A stretch of 64,000 bases of DNA from an uncultured Gemmatimonadales bacterium (GTDB lineage: Bacteria > Gemmatimonadota > Gemmatimonadetes > Gemmatimonadales > GWC2-71-9): assembly GCA_963748035.1 (NCBI GenBank), contig CAVVHO010000009.1:30949-94948 (forward strand), written 5' to 3'. Numbering within the stretch: position 1 is the stretch's first letter; each line of letters opens with the position of its first letter. The notes below the pieces were generated by a model. It did not search any database. It had not been told where the DNA came from and saw only the letters and a list, made by a program, of their open reading frames with translations. Made by a program: the position numbers and the translations under genes. Positions 1 to 15,259 of this stretch are shown one piece after another.

Positions 1-444
1 AACATGACTCGCAAGTGGTCCCGCGCCGTCATCGATGTGGGTATCGGATACGGTAGCGACCTGGACCGGGCCTTGAGCGTGTTCCGGGACGAGGCCGCCC
101 GTTTCGTTGCAGACCCTGGGTGGCAGCGAAAGTTCGATGGTGAGCCGGAGATCGCCGGCGTGCATGGCCTGAACGAGAGTGCGGTCACGATTCGGACCCT
201 GCTCCGCACCCATCCAGGCCAGCAATGGGCGGTCGAGCGGGAGTTCCGCCGGCGGATCAAGAACCGGCTGGATCGGGAGGGCATCGAAATCCCCTTCCCG
301 CAGCGGACAGTGCACGTGCGCGCGGCGGCGGAGCCGCCCGCGGCGCAGCCCGCCGGGGGCGTGCGCGGGCGACCTACGATCGATCCGTCGATTGGTCGAG
401 CCCCGAGCGATAGCCACATTGTGCCTCCCGACTCCACCTCCTGA
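1..444 (+). CDS. Mechanosensitive ion channel MscS family, C-terminal part (5' end outside window)
   Basis: WSRAVIDVGIGYGSDLDRA and QWAVEREFRRRIKNRLDREGIEIPFPQR match the MscS C-terminal domain. Confidence 0.85.
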   Translation, partial: NMTRKWSRAVIDVGIGYGSDLDRALSVFRDEAARFVADPGWQRKFDGEPEIAGVHGLNESAVTIRTLLRTHPGQQWAVEREFRRRIKNRLDREGIEIPFPQRTVHVRAAAEPPAAQPAGGVRGRPTIDPSIGRAPSDSHIVPPDSTS

Positions 445-471
445 TCTCGCCGAGCCGCCGAGTCCACGGTC

Positions 472-1971
472 ATGGCCCTTCGCCTGTTCAACACGCTGAC
501 CCGCCAAGCAGAGGCGTTTGTACCCCTCGCTGCGGGCCGTGTGTCCATGTATACCTGCGGCCCCACCGTCTGGAACTACGCACATATCGGAAATTTCCGG
601 ACGTTTCTCTTCGAGGACCTGCTCCGGCGCTGGCTCGAAGCGGGTGGCCTCAGCGTCCTCCATGTCATGAACCTGACGGATGTGGATGATCGCATCATCC
701 GTGAAGCGGCCGCCAAGGGCCTCTCGATCCGCGAGTTTACCTCGCCATACGCCGCGGCGTTCTTCGAGGATCGCGACTACCTGCGCATTCGGCCCGCGCA
801 CGAGTATCCCCGTGCCACCGAGTACGTCGCTTCCATGATCTCCTTGGTTGAGGGCCTGCTGAAAAAAGCCCTTGCTTACCAGGGCGAGGATGGTTCGGTC
901 TACTTCGCCATTCAGCGGTTCCCGGCCTACGGCCGGCTTTCCCAACTCGATCGTCGGGAACTCAAGGCGGGCGCAAGCGGCCGGGTATCGGCGGACGAGT
1001 ACGACAAAGAGAATGCCCAGGACTTCGTTCTGTGGAAGGCCGCAAAACCCGAAGACGAGTCGGTCGGTGCCGCATGGGACGCGCCATTCGGACGCGGCAG
1101 ACCAGGTTGGCATCTCGAGTGCTCGGCGATGGCGCTCTCCCTCCTCGCGCGGCACGGCCTGGGCGAGGTATTGGACATCCATGCGGGCGGGGTGGACCTG
1201 ATCTTCCCACACCACGAGGACGAGATCGCCCAGAGTTGCGGGTTCACGGGGCAGGAGTACTTCGCCCGGTACTGGCTCCACGGCGAGTTCCTGAATGTGC
1301 GCGGGACCAAGATGTCCAAGCGGTTCGGCAATATCACGACCCCGCGCGATCTGAAGAACGACGGAGTCGACGCGGGCGCAATCCGGCTGCTCATGTTCCA
1401 GACGCACTACCGGCAAAAGATGGATCTCACCGATGAGGGTCTGGAGGCAGCCCGAGAAGGGAGTCGGAGGCTGGGCGCGTTCAACACTCGCTTCAGGAAA
1501 GCCGGGGCGAGTGCAGGGTCCGCTGCCTGGACGGCGTGGGGAGCCGCCCTCGGCGGGCGGGTTGCTGACGCCCTGAATGACGACTTGAATGCTCCACAGG
1601 CGCTGGGTGCGCTCTTCGATGCCGCCAGAGAAGGCAACCGACTGCTCGATGCCGGCGGTCAGCCGGGGACCGAGGCACTCGCGGTATGGGATCAAGTCCT
1701 CGCGGTATTCGACATCCTCCCTGCGACCGGATCCGCGGCAACCACCCTGCGACAAGGGGTGGATCCAGCGGAGGTGGCCAGCCTGTCAGCGATGCCACCG
1801 GAGGACGCGGTGGCCGCAGAGGCGTGGGCTCTCGGCTGGGCCCGCGCCCGTCTGGGGGCGAAGGGTCGCCGGGACTATAAGGAAGCGGATCGGATCCGGG
1901 AATTGCTCAAAGGCGCAGGCTGGGAAATCAGGGACAACAAGGACGGGACGGTGGAAGTAAGGAGGGCCTGA
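472..1971 (+). CDS. cysS: Cysteine--tRNA ligase
   Basis: YTCGPTV..AHIGN, GRPGWHLECSAM, DLIFPHHE and KMSKR motifs. Confidence 0.98.
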   Translation: MALRLFNTLTRQAEAFVPLAAGRVSMYTCGPTVWNYAHIGNFRTFLFEDLLRRWLEAGGLSVLHVMNLTDVDDRIIREAAAKGLSIREFTSPYAAAFFEDRDYLRIRPAHEYPRATEYVASMISLVEGLLKKALAYQGEDGSVYFAIQRFPAYGRLSQLDRRELKAGASGRVSADEYDKENAQDFVLWKAAKPEDESVGAAWDAPFGRGRPGWHLECSAMALSLLARHGLGEVLDIHAGGVDLIFPHHEDEIAQSCGFTGQEYFARYWLHGEFLNVRGTKMSKRFGNITTPRDLKNDGVDAGAIRLLMFQTHYRQKMDLTDEGLEAAREGSRRLGAFNTRFRKAGASAGSAAWTAWGAALGGRVADALNDDLNAPQALGALFDAAREGNRLLDAGGQPGTEALAVWDQVLAVFDILPATGSAATTLRQGVDPAEVASLSAMPPEDAVAAEAWALGWARARLGAKGRRDYKEADRIRELLKGAGWEIRDNKDGTVEVRRA

Positions 1972-2097
1972 GGTTCGGCAGGTTGCCGGGTGCCGGGAAG
2001 GCTGATTTGGCCAGTCCTTCAGTGCCTGATCCAAGCGGCGGGATCACGTCCGGCCCGTCCCGTTTTGCGCTTTCCCATGTCGCCGATTCCTGCCCCG

Positions 2098-2127
2098 TTG
2101 ACACCTAGCTAAGTCCCCAACTATCAT
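2098..2127 (+). promoter_or_regulatory. Sigma70-type promoter of the tRNA cluster
   Basis: TTGACA-18 nt-TATCAT, 25 nt upstream of the first tRNA. Confidence 0.7.
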
Positions 2128-2152
2128 ACCGTTCTGTCTGTTTTGGCTACCC

Positions 2153-2225
2153 GCTGACGTAGCTCAACTGGCAGAGCACCGGTTTTGTAAACCGGCGGTT
2201 GAGGGTTCGATTCCCTCCGTCAGCT
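2153..2225 (+). tRNA. tRNA-Thr(TGT)
   Basis: GCTGACG/CGTCAGC acceptor stem, CCGGT-TTTGTAA-ACCGG anticodon arm, GGTTCGATTCC T arm. Confidence 0.97.
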
Positions 2226-2264
2226 CTACCAGAAACTGCGTAGCGCGGGGGGCGTTTGGGCGTC

Positions 2265-2348
2265 GGTGGGGTGGCCGAGTGGCTAATGGCAGCAGACTGT
2301 AAATCTGCCGCGCTCTGCGCTACGTAGGTTCGAATCCTACCCCCACCA
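2265..2348 (+). tRNA. tRNA-Tyr(GTA)
   Basis: GGTGGGG/CCCCACC acceptor stem, GCAGA-CTGTAAA-TCTGC anticodon arm, long variable arm. Confidence 0.97.
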
Positions 2349-2390
2349 TTTCGGGTGCGCGCGGCATTGCGGGAGCGCATTGCAAGGCTC

Positions 2391-2463
2391 GCGGGTGTAG
2401 CTCAGTTGGTAGAGCGTCAGCCTTCCAAGCTGAATGTCGCGGGTTCGAGCCCCGTCGCCCGCT
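2391..2463 (+). tRNA. tRNA-Gly(TCC)
   Basis: GCGGGTG acceptor, TCAGC-CTTCCAA-GCTGA anticodon arm, GGTTCGAGCCC T arm. Confidence 0.97.
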
Positions 2464-2509
2464 TGGGAACGATCGGTGTGTATACCTGTCGGCACTGAGC
2501 GTCGAAGCT

Positions 2510-2582
<73 letters not shown>

Positions 2583-2592
2583 CTGGGAGAGG

Positions 2593-2704
2593 GCCATCAG
2601 CCGTCAGCCACCAGCCGTCCGAGGCTGATGGCGCGTGGAGCGAGTCGGGCGACGCCACCCGACCCCACGATGGAGCGCTGATGGCTGATGGCTGACGGCT
2701 GACG
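2593..2704. repeat. Heptamer-repeat hairpin E1, (GCCRTCA)n...(GCTGAYG)n
   Basis: About four GCCATCA/GCCGTCA-like units, spacer, then GCTGATG GCTGATG GCTGACG GCTGACG. Confidence 0.9.
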
Positions 2705-2715
2705 TTGAGGACAAC

Positions 2716-2868
2716 GTGCCACGCGAAAAAATCATCCTCGAATGCACCGAGTGCCGGGACCGCAACTATTTCACCGACAAGAACCGGCGGAAGCATCCGG
2801 AGCGGGTCGAGTGGAAGAAGTACTGCCCGCGGTGTAACCAGCACCGGACTCATAAGGAGTCGAAGTGA
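2716..2868 (+). CDS. rpmG: 50S ribosomal protein L33, zinc-binding form (missing from ORF track, 50 aa)
   Basis: Manual translation from GTG: [50 protein letters not shown]; SD GAGGA upstream. Confidence 0.96.
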   Translation: MPREKIILECTECRDRNYFTDKNRRKHPERVEWKKYCPRCNQHRTHKESK

Positions 2869-3109
2869 GTACCCAGGTCGCCGCGCCAAGCAGCCGGCGG
2901 CGCCGCTTCGCTTCGCCGCCGCCTCGCTTGAGTTCCTGCGAGCGGTGCGGGGCGAACTCGGGAAGGTGACTTGGCCGACGAAGGACGAGCTGATCAAGGC
3001 GACCCGGATGATCGTGGTGCTGTCGATCATCCTCGGTGTGGCGATCGGGTGGATGGATCTGCTCCTAAACCTCGTCCTGGTGGACGGGGTGGCGGCCCTG
3101 ACGCGGTGA
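2865..3109 (+). CDS. secE: Preprotein translocase SecE (apparent 1-nt deletion near 2886-2889)
   Basis: [21 protein letters not shown] plus one TM helix, between rpmG and nusG; the overlapping GTG at 2865 is out of frame with the conserved part. Confidence 0.9.
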
Positions 3110-3660
3110 GCGACGCAACGGAATACCGCTGGTACGCAATCCAGACGACCGCGGGCCATGAGAACAAGGTCCGGTCCCTGATTGCGCAGCGGATCGCTCA
3201 GGACCCCCGGCCGGAGAGCCAGCGCCTGATCAAACAGGCCTTGGTGCCGGTACAGGAGGTCGTGGAGATCAAGGGCGGGAAGAAGGTGACGGTGGAGCGG
3301 AAGCTCTATCCCGGCTATGTCCTGGTCGAGATGGTGATGAACCAGGAAGCACTCCACGTCATCAACAGCATACAGGGCGTGATCAAGTTCGTGGGGGCGG
3401 GGAAGTTCCCGCAGCCGCTGCGGCAGGACGAAGTGAATCGCCTGCTGGGGATCGCCGAAGCGGTGGCGGAGTCCACCCCCAAGGAAGAGATCCCTTTCCT
3501 CATCGGCCAGGTCGTGGAGATCACCGAAGGACCGTTCTCGGACTTCAGTGGAACGGTGGAAGAGGTGATCGCGGACAAGGGCAAAGTGAAGGTCTCGGTC
3601 AGCCTGTTCGGTCGGCCGACATCGGTTGAGCTGGACTACTTGCAGCTCAGAGGACATTGA
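3106..3660 (+). CDS. nusG: Transcription antitermination factor NusG
   Basis: WYAIQT..GHENKV, LYPGYVLVEM, KOW motif GPFSDFSG, VSLFGRPT. Confidence 0.98.
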   Translation: MSDATEYRWYAIQTTAGHENKVRSLIAQRIAQDPRPESQRLIKQALVPVQEVVEIKGGKKVTVERKLYPGYVLVEMVMNQEALHVINSIQGVIKFVGAGKFPQPLRQDEVNRLLGIAEAVAESTPKEEIPFLIGQVVEITEGPFSDFSGTVEEVIADKGKVKVSVSLFGRPTSVELDYLQLRGH

Positions 3661-3718
3661 AGATTGCTGATTGCTGATTGACGAGTTGGTCGTCATCGTG
3701 AATCGACAATCATCGATC
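3656..3718. repeat. Heptamer-repeat hairpin E2, (GATTGCT)n...(AATCGAC)-like, degenerate
   Basis: GATTGCT GATTGCT GATTGAC followed by AATCGAC AATCATC GATC. Confidence 0.7.
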
Positions 3719-3739
3719 GGTCCCTCCGCCACCGCACGG

Positions 3740-3786
3740 GTTTGCGGGAGCCTGTGGTACCCCAGAGTACCCGGCGAAATACGAGG
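3740..3786 (+). promoter_or_regulatory. Putative L1-binding leader of rplK-rplA
   Basis: GGGAGCC...GGCGAAATAC stem with asymmetric loop just upstream of the rplK SD, resembling the L1 operator of the L11 operon. Confidence 0.45.
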
Positions 3787-3793
3787 GAGCATC

Positions 3794-4219
3794 ATGGCGA
3801 AGAAGGTCACCGCAGTCATCAAGCTGCAGTGCCCTGCTGGCGCGGCGAATCCCGCCCCGCCCGTGGGCACCGCGCTTGGTCCGCATGGCGTGAACATCAT
3901 GGAGTTCTGTAAGCAGTTCAACGCCCGGACTCAGGCGCAAGCGGGGATGATTATCCCTGTTCTCGTGACGGTCTTTCAGGACCGCACCTTCAGCTTCATC
4001 ACGAAGACGCCGCCGGCGCCGAATCTTCTGCTCAAGGAAGCCGGGCTGGAGAAGGGCAGCGCGTCGCCCAACCGCACGAAAGTGGGGCGGGTGACGCGGG
4101 CCCAGCTCAAGAAGATCGCCGAGCTCAAGATGCAGGACCTCAACGCAGCGGACCTCGAGGGTGCCATGCGGATGATCGCCGGTACCGCGCGCTCGATGGG
4201 GCTGGAGGTCATCGACTGA
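3794..4219 (+). CDS. rplK: 50S ribosomal protein L11
   Basis: [30 protein letters not shown]. Confidence 0.98.
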   Translation: MAKKVTAVIKLQCPAGAANPAPPVGTALGPHGVNIMEFCKQFNARTQAQAGMIIPVLVTVFQDRTFSFITKTPPAPNLLLKEAGLEKGSASPNRTKVGRVTRAQLKKIAELKMQDLNAADLEGAMRMIAGTARSMGLEVID

Positions 4220-4908
4220 TGTCGGCGCATGGACGGAAGTTTGCTGCCGCGGTGACGCAGATCGATCGCACCAAGGTGTACCACATTCCTGATGCGGTGA
4301 AGCTCGTCAAGTCGGCGGCCTTTGCGAAGTTCAATGAAACGGTGGATGTCGCCGTCCGACTGGGTGTGGATCCGCGGCACGCCGATCAAGTGGTGCGGGG
4401 CACGGTGGTGCTTCCGCACGGGACCGGCAAGTCGGTCCGCGTCCTGGTCATCACCCAGGGTGACAAGGTGAAGGAAGCGGAGGCGGCGGGCGCCGACTTC
4501 GCCGGGATCGAGTACGTCCAGAAGCTCAAGGACGGCTGGCTCGAGTGTGACGTGATCGTGGCCACCCCCGATGTCATGGGCCAGCTCGGCCAGCTCGGCA
4601 GGATTCTCGGTCCGCGCGGCCTGATGCCGAATCCCAAGGCCGGCACCGTCACGATGGACGTCGGCAAGGCAGTCCGGGAGATCAAGGCGGGAAAAATCGA
4701 GTTCCGGGTCGACAAGACCGGCAACGTCCACGCCCCGGTCGGAAAGATCAATTTCTCGGAGCAGCAGCTGGCGGAGAATCTGCAGGCCTTCATGGATACG
4801 ATCGTCCGCGCCAAGCCGGCCGCGGCGAAGGGTCACTATATCCGGAGTGCCACGGTGTCCAGCACCATGGGTCCCGGGGTCCGGCTCGACACGGCGGTGT
4901 ACCGATGA
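4219..4908 (+). CDS. rplA: 50S ribosomal protein L1
   Basis: [37 protein letters not shown]. Confidence 0.98.
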   Translation: MSAHGRKFAAAVTQIDRTKVYHIPDAVKLVKSAAFAKFNETVDVAVRLGVDPRHADQVVRGTVVLPHGTGKSVRVLVITQGDKVKEAEAAGADFAGIEYVQKLKDGWLECDVIVATPDVMGQLGQLGRILGPRGLMPNPKAGTVTMDVGKAVREIKAGKIEFRVDKTGNVHAPVGKINFSEQQLAENLQAFMDTIVRAKPAAAKGHYIRSATVSSTMGPGVRLDTAVYR

Positions 4909-5399
4909 GCAAGCCCGAACGCCAGGCCGAGGTCGAGACCATCGCGACCGCCCTCAAGGCGAATCCGAACATCTACGTCACGGACTTTGCGGGCCTGAGC
5001 GTGGCCAAGATGACGGAGTTCCGCCGCCGTCTCCGCGGGGCCGGCGCCAAGTACGTGGTGGTGAAGAACACCCTCGCCGAGCGCGCACTCGGGGAGCAGG
5101 GGATCACCGCACTGAACGAGCACTTGAAGGGCCCCACCGGCCTGGTGCTGAGCACCGAGCCAATGGCGGCGGCCAAGGTGCTGACCGAGTTCGCCAAGGA
5201 GCATCAGAAACCCGGGATCCGGGCCGGTCTGGTAGACGGGACCCCGGTCTCGAAGGACCACATCCAGCGGCTGGGGACGATTCCAGACCGCCAAACGCTC
5301 CTTGCGATGGTTGCGGGATCGATGAACAACATCCTGGCTGGATTTGCTGGCTGCCTCGAGGCGCTTCGCGAGCAGCGCGGTGCAGCCTCTAACGCGTGA
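4905..5399 (+). CDS. rplJ: 50S ribosomal protein L10
   Basis: [20 protein letters not shown]; position between rplA and rplL. Confidence 0.96.
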   Translation: MSKPERQAEVETIATALKANPNIYVTDFAGLSVAKMTEFRRRLRGAGAKYVVVKNTLAERALGEQGITALNEHLKGPTGLVLSTEPMAAAKVLTEFAKEHQKPGIRAGLVDGTPVSKDHIQRLGTIPDRQTLLAMVAGSMNNILAGFAGCLEALREQRGAASNA

Positions 5400-5413
5400 G
5401 GGAGAACACGGAC

Positions 5414-5800
5414 ATGACCACAACTGCACTGAGCAAAGACGAGATTCTCGAGGCGATTGGCAAGATGAGCGTCCTCGAACTTGCCGACCTGATTGACGCC
5501 TTCAAGGCCAAGTTCAATGTCTCCGTCGTGGCGGCGGCCGCGCCGGCCGCGGGGGGACCGGGTGGGGCCGCGGCCGCAGCGGCGGAGGAGCAGACCGACT
5601 TCAGCATCGTCCTCAAGAGCGGCGGTGAAAAGAAGATCCAGGTCATCAAGGTGGTCCGGGAGCTGACCAGTCTGGGCCTGAAGGAAGCGAAGGAACTGGT
5701 GGACAACGGCGGTACGGTCAAGGAAGGCGTGCCAAAGGCCGAGGCGACGGAGATGAAGAAGAAGCTGGAAGATCAGGGCGCGGTCGTCGAGCTCAAGTAG
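5414..5800 (+). CDS. rplL: 50S ribosomal protein L7/L12
   Basis: MSVLELADL, Ala-rich hinge, [23 protein letters not shown]. Confidence 0.98.
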   Translation: MTTTALSKDEILEAIGKMSVLELADLIDAFKAKFNVSVVAAAAPAAGGPGGAAAAAAEEQTDFSIVLKSGGEKKIQVIKVVRELTSLGLKEAKELVDNGGTVKEGVPKAEATEMKKKLEDQGAVVELK

Positions 5801-6013
5801 GGTCAGCCGGATCCCGGGGCCACGTGCACCGTCGGCGCGCATATCTGTGCGCGCCGAAAAGCCCCGTGGAGATTCTAGGGCTCCCTACCTGGGTGAGACG
5901 AAATGACGGTTGGACTGCTGCAATAATTCCTTGGACTCTCGAGCCCCGCGTGGCTCTCTGCAATCGGCAGGGGGACGCGCGCCGGGGCCATTTGTGTTGC
6001 GCGAGCGTGACCG

Positions 6014-9000
6014 ATGACGGGAAATCTGCCTCAGATCGTGTTTTCTAAGCGGGATGTGGGCATGCCTATGCCCGACCTGCTCGACATCCAGAGCCGGGCA
6101 TTCCAGAGCTTGCTGGTGCCCGACGACGTCCACGGCGAACGCCAGGACGTCTCGCTGGAGCGCGTGTTTCGGGACCTCTTCCCGATAGGTGATGTGAACG
6201 GGAAGTACAGCCTCGAATTCATCAGCTACCAGCTGGGCGAGCCGAAGTACTCCGTTGAGGAGTGCATCGAGCGGGACATGACGTATGCCGCCCCGCTCAA
6301 GGCGACCCTTCGCCTCGATGTGTTCGAGGAGGTGGACGGCCAGCGGCGCCTCAAGAACGCGATCGAGAAGGAGGTCTATCTCGGAGAGCTCCCGATCATG
6401 ACCCCGCTCGGTACGTTCGTGATCAACGGGGCCGAGCGCGTGGTCGTATCCCAGCTGCACCGCTCGCCGGGCGTGGTGTTCGAAGAGGACACGCACCCGA
6501 ACGGACAGCGGCTGTTTTCTGCCCGCATCATTCCGTTCCGCGGCTCGTGGGTGGAGTTCACGATCGATATTCACGACGTGATCTACGTTCACATCGACAA
6601 GAAGAAGAAGTTCCCGGCGACCGCGCTGCTCCGGGCCTTCGGCTATGGCACCAACGCCGAGATCCTGAAGCTGTTCTTCGCCACCAAGGAACTGGACATC
6701 ACCGGCAAGCTCGAAGGCCGGCAGGAACGCCGGGAGCTGGTCGGCGCGCTGGTGGCCGCAGAAGTGCCGAATCCGGAGGAAAAGGGTGGGGCTCCCCTGG
6801 CCAGCGTCGGCGACGAGCTGACGCAGGAGCGGCTCAACCACCTGCGCCATGTCGGGGTGAAGACCGTCACGGCATTCGCGGGCTACACCTCGCTGGACCT
6901 GCGCGAGGACGAACAGCCCACCACGACCCGAGAGCGCGCCCGCCAGATTCTCGCGTTTGATGTGGCCGATCCGGAAACCGGTGAGGTACTGGCCGAGGCA
7001 GGCAGCGAGATCACCGAGACGCTGCGGAAGAAGCTGAGCAAGGTCCAGGTGATCAAGGTCGAGGTCCTGCTCCCCGCCGGCCGGGGCGAGTCGCCCTTGA
7101 TCAAGAACACCTTGGCCAAGGACCCGACTCACAGCGAGGCTGAGGCGTTGGAGCAGATCTACGCGCTGCTCCGGCCGGGCGAGGCTCCGAACCTGGAGAC
7201 GGCCCGCGAGGCTCTCAAGCGGCTGTTCTTCAACCCCAAGCGCTACGACCTGGGCCGGGTGGGCCGGTACAAGATCAACCAGCGGCTGAAGACCAAGACT
7301 CCGGCGAACCACACGGTGCTGACGGAAGAGGACTTCATCGCCATCATCCGCTACCTGATGGACTTGAATGACGGCCGCGGGTTCACCGATGACATCGACC
7401 ATCTGGGCAACCGGCGGATCCGGTCGGTCGGCGAGCTGATCGCCAACCAGTTCTCGGTTGGTCTCTCGCGCATGGCCCGGCTGGTGAAGGAACGGATGAG
7501 CATCAACTCCGATCCGGAGAAGATTTCGCTGGACGACCTGGTCAACGCCCGGACCGTATCGGCGGTGATTCAGGCCTTCTTCGGTTCGTCACAGCTGTCG
7601 CAGTTCATGGACCAGACGAACCCGCTCGCTGAGCTGACCAACAAGCGGCGGCTGTCTGCCCTTGGGCCTGGCGGCCTCACCCGCGAGCGCGCGGGGTTCG
7701 AGGTCCGCGACGTGCACTACTCGCAGTACGGCCGCATGTGTCCGATCGAGACGCCGGAAGGCCCGAATATCGGCCTGATCACGAGTCTGTCGACCTACGG
7801 GCGGATCAACGACCTCGGCTTCATCGAGACGCCGTACCGGGTAGTGAAGAACGGCAAGGCGACTTCCGATATCCGCTGGCTGTCCGCCAGCGAGGAAGAG
7901 GGCTACGCGGTGGCACAGGCCAACGCGCAGCTAGATGAACACGGCAAGTTTGTCGAGGACCTGGTTCTATGCCGGAAGGGCGACGACTACCCGCTGCTCC
8001 AGCCGGACCGGATCGATTTCATGGACGTGGCACCGGAGCAGTTGGTCTCGATTGCGGCGGCGCTGATTCCGTTCCTCGAGCACGACGATGCCAACCGCGC
8101 GCTCATGGGCAGCAACATGCAGCGCCAGGCTGTGCCCTTGCTCTTTCCGCAGTCGCCAATCGTGGGCACCGGGCTTGAGGCCAAGGTGGCCGCGGACTCC
8201 GGTGCGGTGATTGTGGCCCGCCGGGCCGGAAGTGTCACTCGCGTGACGGCCGATGAGATCATCGTGGACTCGGGCGAGGCGGGGCATGTGGACCCGAATA
8301 TCCCGCTCGCGCGGTTGTCGCAGCATGATCGCTACCGGGTGCGGAAGTTCTGGCGCACCAATCAGGACACCGCGATCAATCAGCGCCCCCTGGTTCGGGT
8401 CGGTGACCGGGTCGGTGCCGGTCATGTGATCGCTGATGGCGCCGCGACCGAAGCCGGCGAGCTGGCGCTGGGCAGCAACGTACTCGTGGCGTTCATGCCC
8501 TGGTATGGGCACAACTTCGAGGACGCGATCGTTCTGTCGGAACGCCTGGTGAAGGACGACGTCTACTCGTCCATCCACATCCAAGAGCTCGAGCTGCACG
8601 TCCGCGACACCAAGCGCGGGCAGGAAGAGATCACCCGGGAAATCCCCAACGTCTCGGACGAGGCGCTGGTCGACCTCGACGAACGCGGCATCGTGCGGAT
8701 CGGTGCCCATGTGAAGCCGGGCGACATCCTGGTCGGCAAGATCACCCCCAAGGGCGAGACCGAGCTTTCGCCCGAAGAGAAGTTGCTCACCGCGATCTTC
8801 GGCGAGAAGGCCAAGGACGTGAAGGACAGCTCGCTCAAGGTCCCACCGGGCATGAAGGGTGTGGTCATCGATGTGAAGATCTTCAGCCGCGTCGAGGACC
8901 AGGTCGTTGAGAAGGACCGCGGCGAACGGATCGGTGAAGTCCGCCGGGTCGAGACCGACGAAAAGGCGCGGATCAGCTCGGTGATGTTCGACGAGCTCCG

Positions 9001-10477
9001 GCACCTGCTCGAGGGTCAGGAAGTGGCCCTGATGCTCAAGGCGGGGACGGTCGAAGAGGCAATCCCGGCCGGCGACAAGCTGACCAAGACGGTCCTGGCG
9101 GACATGGACCTGGCGGATATCGATCTCAAGACGCTCCGGGTCGCGCACAAGGGCGCGAACGACCGCATCCGGGCTGCGATTGACACGGCGGCCCGCGAGC
9201 GGGCCAAGGTGGAGGAGAAGGCCGAGGATCAGATCGATAAGATCCTCCAGCCAGACGAGCTGCCTCCCGGCGTGATTCAGCTGGTGAAGGTGTACATCGC
9301 CGAGAAGCGGAAGGTTTCGGTTGGTGACAAGATGGCGGGCCGGCACGGAAACAAGGGCATCGTTGCGCGCATCGTGCCGGAGGAGGATATGCCCTTTCTT
9401 CCGGACGGCCGGCCAGTGGACATCGTGCTGAATCCGCTGGGCGTCCCGAGCCGCATGAACGTGGGTCAGATCCTCGAGACCCACCTGGGCTGGTGTGCGA
9501 CCATCCTCGGATTCAAGGCGAAGACCCCGGTATTCCGCGGGGCCGACGAACACGAGATCGGAGTGCTGCTGCGGATCGCCGGGCTGCGCTGGGCCGGGCA
9601 AGCGCTCGGGCTGCGCCACCCGGCGCCCGAGCCGGATGCCAAGACCATCGCCCTCGTGGTGGCGGATCTGCATCAGACAACACACTCCCTGACCGACGCA
9701 GGGATCGCTGATCTCTCGCTCCGTGGCGCTGGACAGGCCACGAAGGATCTGTATCAAGGGGTCAAGGCGTTTCTCACTGCCGCAGGCAAGGAGCTGGCGC
9801 AGCGGGAGCTGACGCAGCGCAAGGCCGAGCTGGCGCATCATCAGTATCGGGTGACGGAGACCGAGGGGCCTGAGCAGAAGGGTCTGCAGAAGGTCGCCAA
9901 GGAGTTGGAGCGGTCGGTCGAGGCTTCGGTCACCGACTTGCTCGAAGCGACTGGGCGGCCCGCACTCGCGGTCCTGGCCGGAGGGAAGGGTGAACCGGAG
10001 GAAGTCGCCAAGGCGGCGGAGGAAGTCATCCGGGCAGCCGGACTGACCCCGAGCGGCAAGGCGCGGTTGCGCGATGGGCGAAGCGGGCAGGAGTTCGAGG
10101 GGGACGTGACGGTCGGCACGATCTACATGCTGAAGCTGTCGCACCTCGTGGATGACAAGATCCACGCTCGCTCGATCGGCCCCTATTCGCTGGTCACCCA
10201 GCAGCCGCTGGCCGGCAAGGCGCAGTTCGGCGGGCAGCGGTTCGGTGAAATGGAAGTGTGGGCGCTGGAAGCATACGGTGCGGCTCACGTGCTTCAGGAG
10301 ATGCTTACCGTGAAGTCGGACGATGTGAACGGTCGCAGCAAGGTGTACGAGGCAATCGTGAAGGGGCAGAACCTGCCGGAGCCGGGCATCCCCGAGTCGT
10401 TCAATGTGCTGGTGAAGGAACTGCAGGCCCTGGGTCTCAAGGTGACCCTCGGGGCCACGGCTGATGGCGACGAGTAG
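6014..10477 (+). CDS. rpoB: RNA polymerase beta subunit
   Basis: [41 protein letters not shown]. Confidence 0.99.
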   Translation: MTGNLPQIVFSKRDVGMPMPDLLDIQSRAFQSLLVPDDVHGERQDVSLERVFRDLFPIGDVNGKYSLEFISYQLGEPKYSVEECIERDMTYAAPLKATLRLDVFEEVDGQRRLKNAIEKEVYLGELPIMTPLGTFVINGAERVVVSQLHRSPGVVFEEDTHPNGQRLFSARIIPFRGSWVEFTIDIHDVIYVHIDKKKKFPATALLRAFGYGTNAEILKLFFATKELDITGKLEGRQERRELVGALVAAEVPNPEEKGGAPLASVGDELTQERLNHLRHVGVKTVTAFAGYTSLDLREDEQPTTTRERARQILAFDVADPETGEVLAEAGSEITETLRKKLSKVQVIKVEVLLPAGRGESPLIKNTLAKDPTHSEAEALEQIYALLRPGEAPNLETAREALKRLFFNPKRYDLGRVGRYKINQRLKTKTPANHTVLTEEDFIAIIRYLMDLNDGRGFTDDIDHLGNRRIRSVGELIANQFSVGLSRMARLVKERMSINSDPEKISLDDLVNARTVSAVIQAFFGSSQLSQFMDQTNPLAELTNKRRLSALGPGGLTRERAGFEVRDVHYSQYGRMCPIETPEGPNIGLITSLSTYGRINDLGFIETPYRVVKNGKATSDIRWLSASEEEGYAVAQANAQLDEHGKFVEDLVLCRKGDDYPLLQPDRIDFMDVAPEQLVSIAAALIPFLEHDDANRALMGSNMQRQAVPLLFPQSPIVGTGLEAKVAADSGAVIVARRAGSVTRVTADEIIVDSGEAGHVDPNIPLARLSQHDRYRVRKFWRTNQDTAINQRPLVRVGDRVGAGHVIADGAATEAGELALGSNVLVAFMPWYGHNFEDAIVLSERLVKDDVYSSIHIQELELHVRDTKRGQEEITREIPNVSDEALVDLDERGIVRIGAHVKPGDILVGKITPKGETELSPEEKLLTAIFGEKAKDVKDSSLKVPPGMKGVVIDVKIFSRVEDQVVEKDRGERIGEVRRVETDEKARISSVMFDELRHLLEGQEVALMLKAGTVEEAIPAGDKLTKTVLADMDLADIDLKTLRVAHKGANDRIRAAIDTAARERAKVEEKAEDQIDKILQPDELPPGVIQLVKVYIAEKRKVSVGDKMAGRHGNKGIVARIVPEEDMPFLPDGRPVDIVLNPLGVPSRMNVGQILETHLGWCATILGFKAKTPVFRGADEHEIGVLLRIAGLRWAGQALGLRHPAPEPDAKTIALVVADLHQTTHSLTDAGIADLSLRGAGQATKDLYQGVKAFLTAAGKELAQRELTQRKAELAHHQYRVTETEGPEQKGLQKVAKELERSVEASVTDLLEATGRPALAVLAGGKGEPEEVAKAAEEVIRAAGLTPSGKARLRDGRSGQEFEGDVTVGTIYMLKLSHLVDDKIHARSIGPYSLVTQQPLAGKAQFGGQRFGEMEVWALEAYGAAHVLQEMLTVKSDDVNGRSKVYEAIVKGQNLPEPGIPESFNVLVKELQALGLKVTLGATADGDE

Positions 10478-10482
10478 TAAGT

Positions 10483-10611
10483 GACGGTCGACGGTCCGGT
10501 GGTGCGACGGTCGGACAGACAGATATGCAGGGATTGCAGCGGAACCAAGGACGCGAGACGGACCACGGGTGCGACGGGCTGACCGTCGGACCGTCGGACC
10601 GTCGGACCGTC
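10483..10611. repeat. 7/8-mer repeat hairpin E3, (GACGGTC)n...(GACCGTCG)4
   Basis: Left arm GACGGTC GACGGTC...GACGGTCG; right arm GACCGTCG x4 at 10581-10611. Confidence 0.85.
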
Positions 10612-10627
10612 TACAGCGAGGACGCCA

Positions 10628-15145
<4,518 letters not shown>

Positions 15146-15200
15146 GCCAGCACGGCCACTCGGAGTTAGACGAGTCGAAGGCAATCGGACGCAGCACACT

Positions 15201-15241
15201 AACGCGGGACGGGTCACACGACCCGTCCCGCGTTGGTTTTT
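15201..15241. terminator. Intrinsic terminator after rpoC (convergent with the OmpA gene)
   Basis: 15-bp perfect stem AACGCGGGACGGGTC/GACCCGTCCCGCGTT followed by GGTTTTT. Confidence 0.85.
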
Positions 15242-15259
15242 GCCCTTCAAGCCCGCTGG

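Noticed and set aside
9572-10033. Intein in RpoB
   Set aside because: No Cys/Ser start with His-Asn end and no endonuclease motifs; kept only as a lineage-specific insertion.
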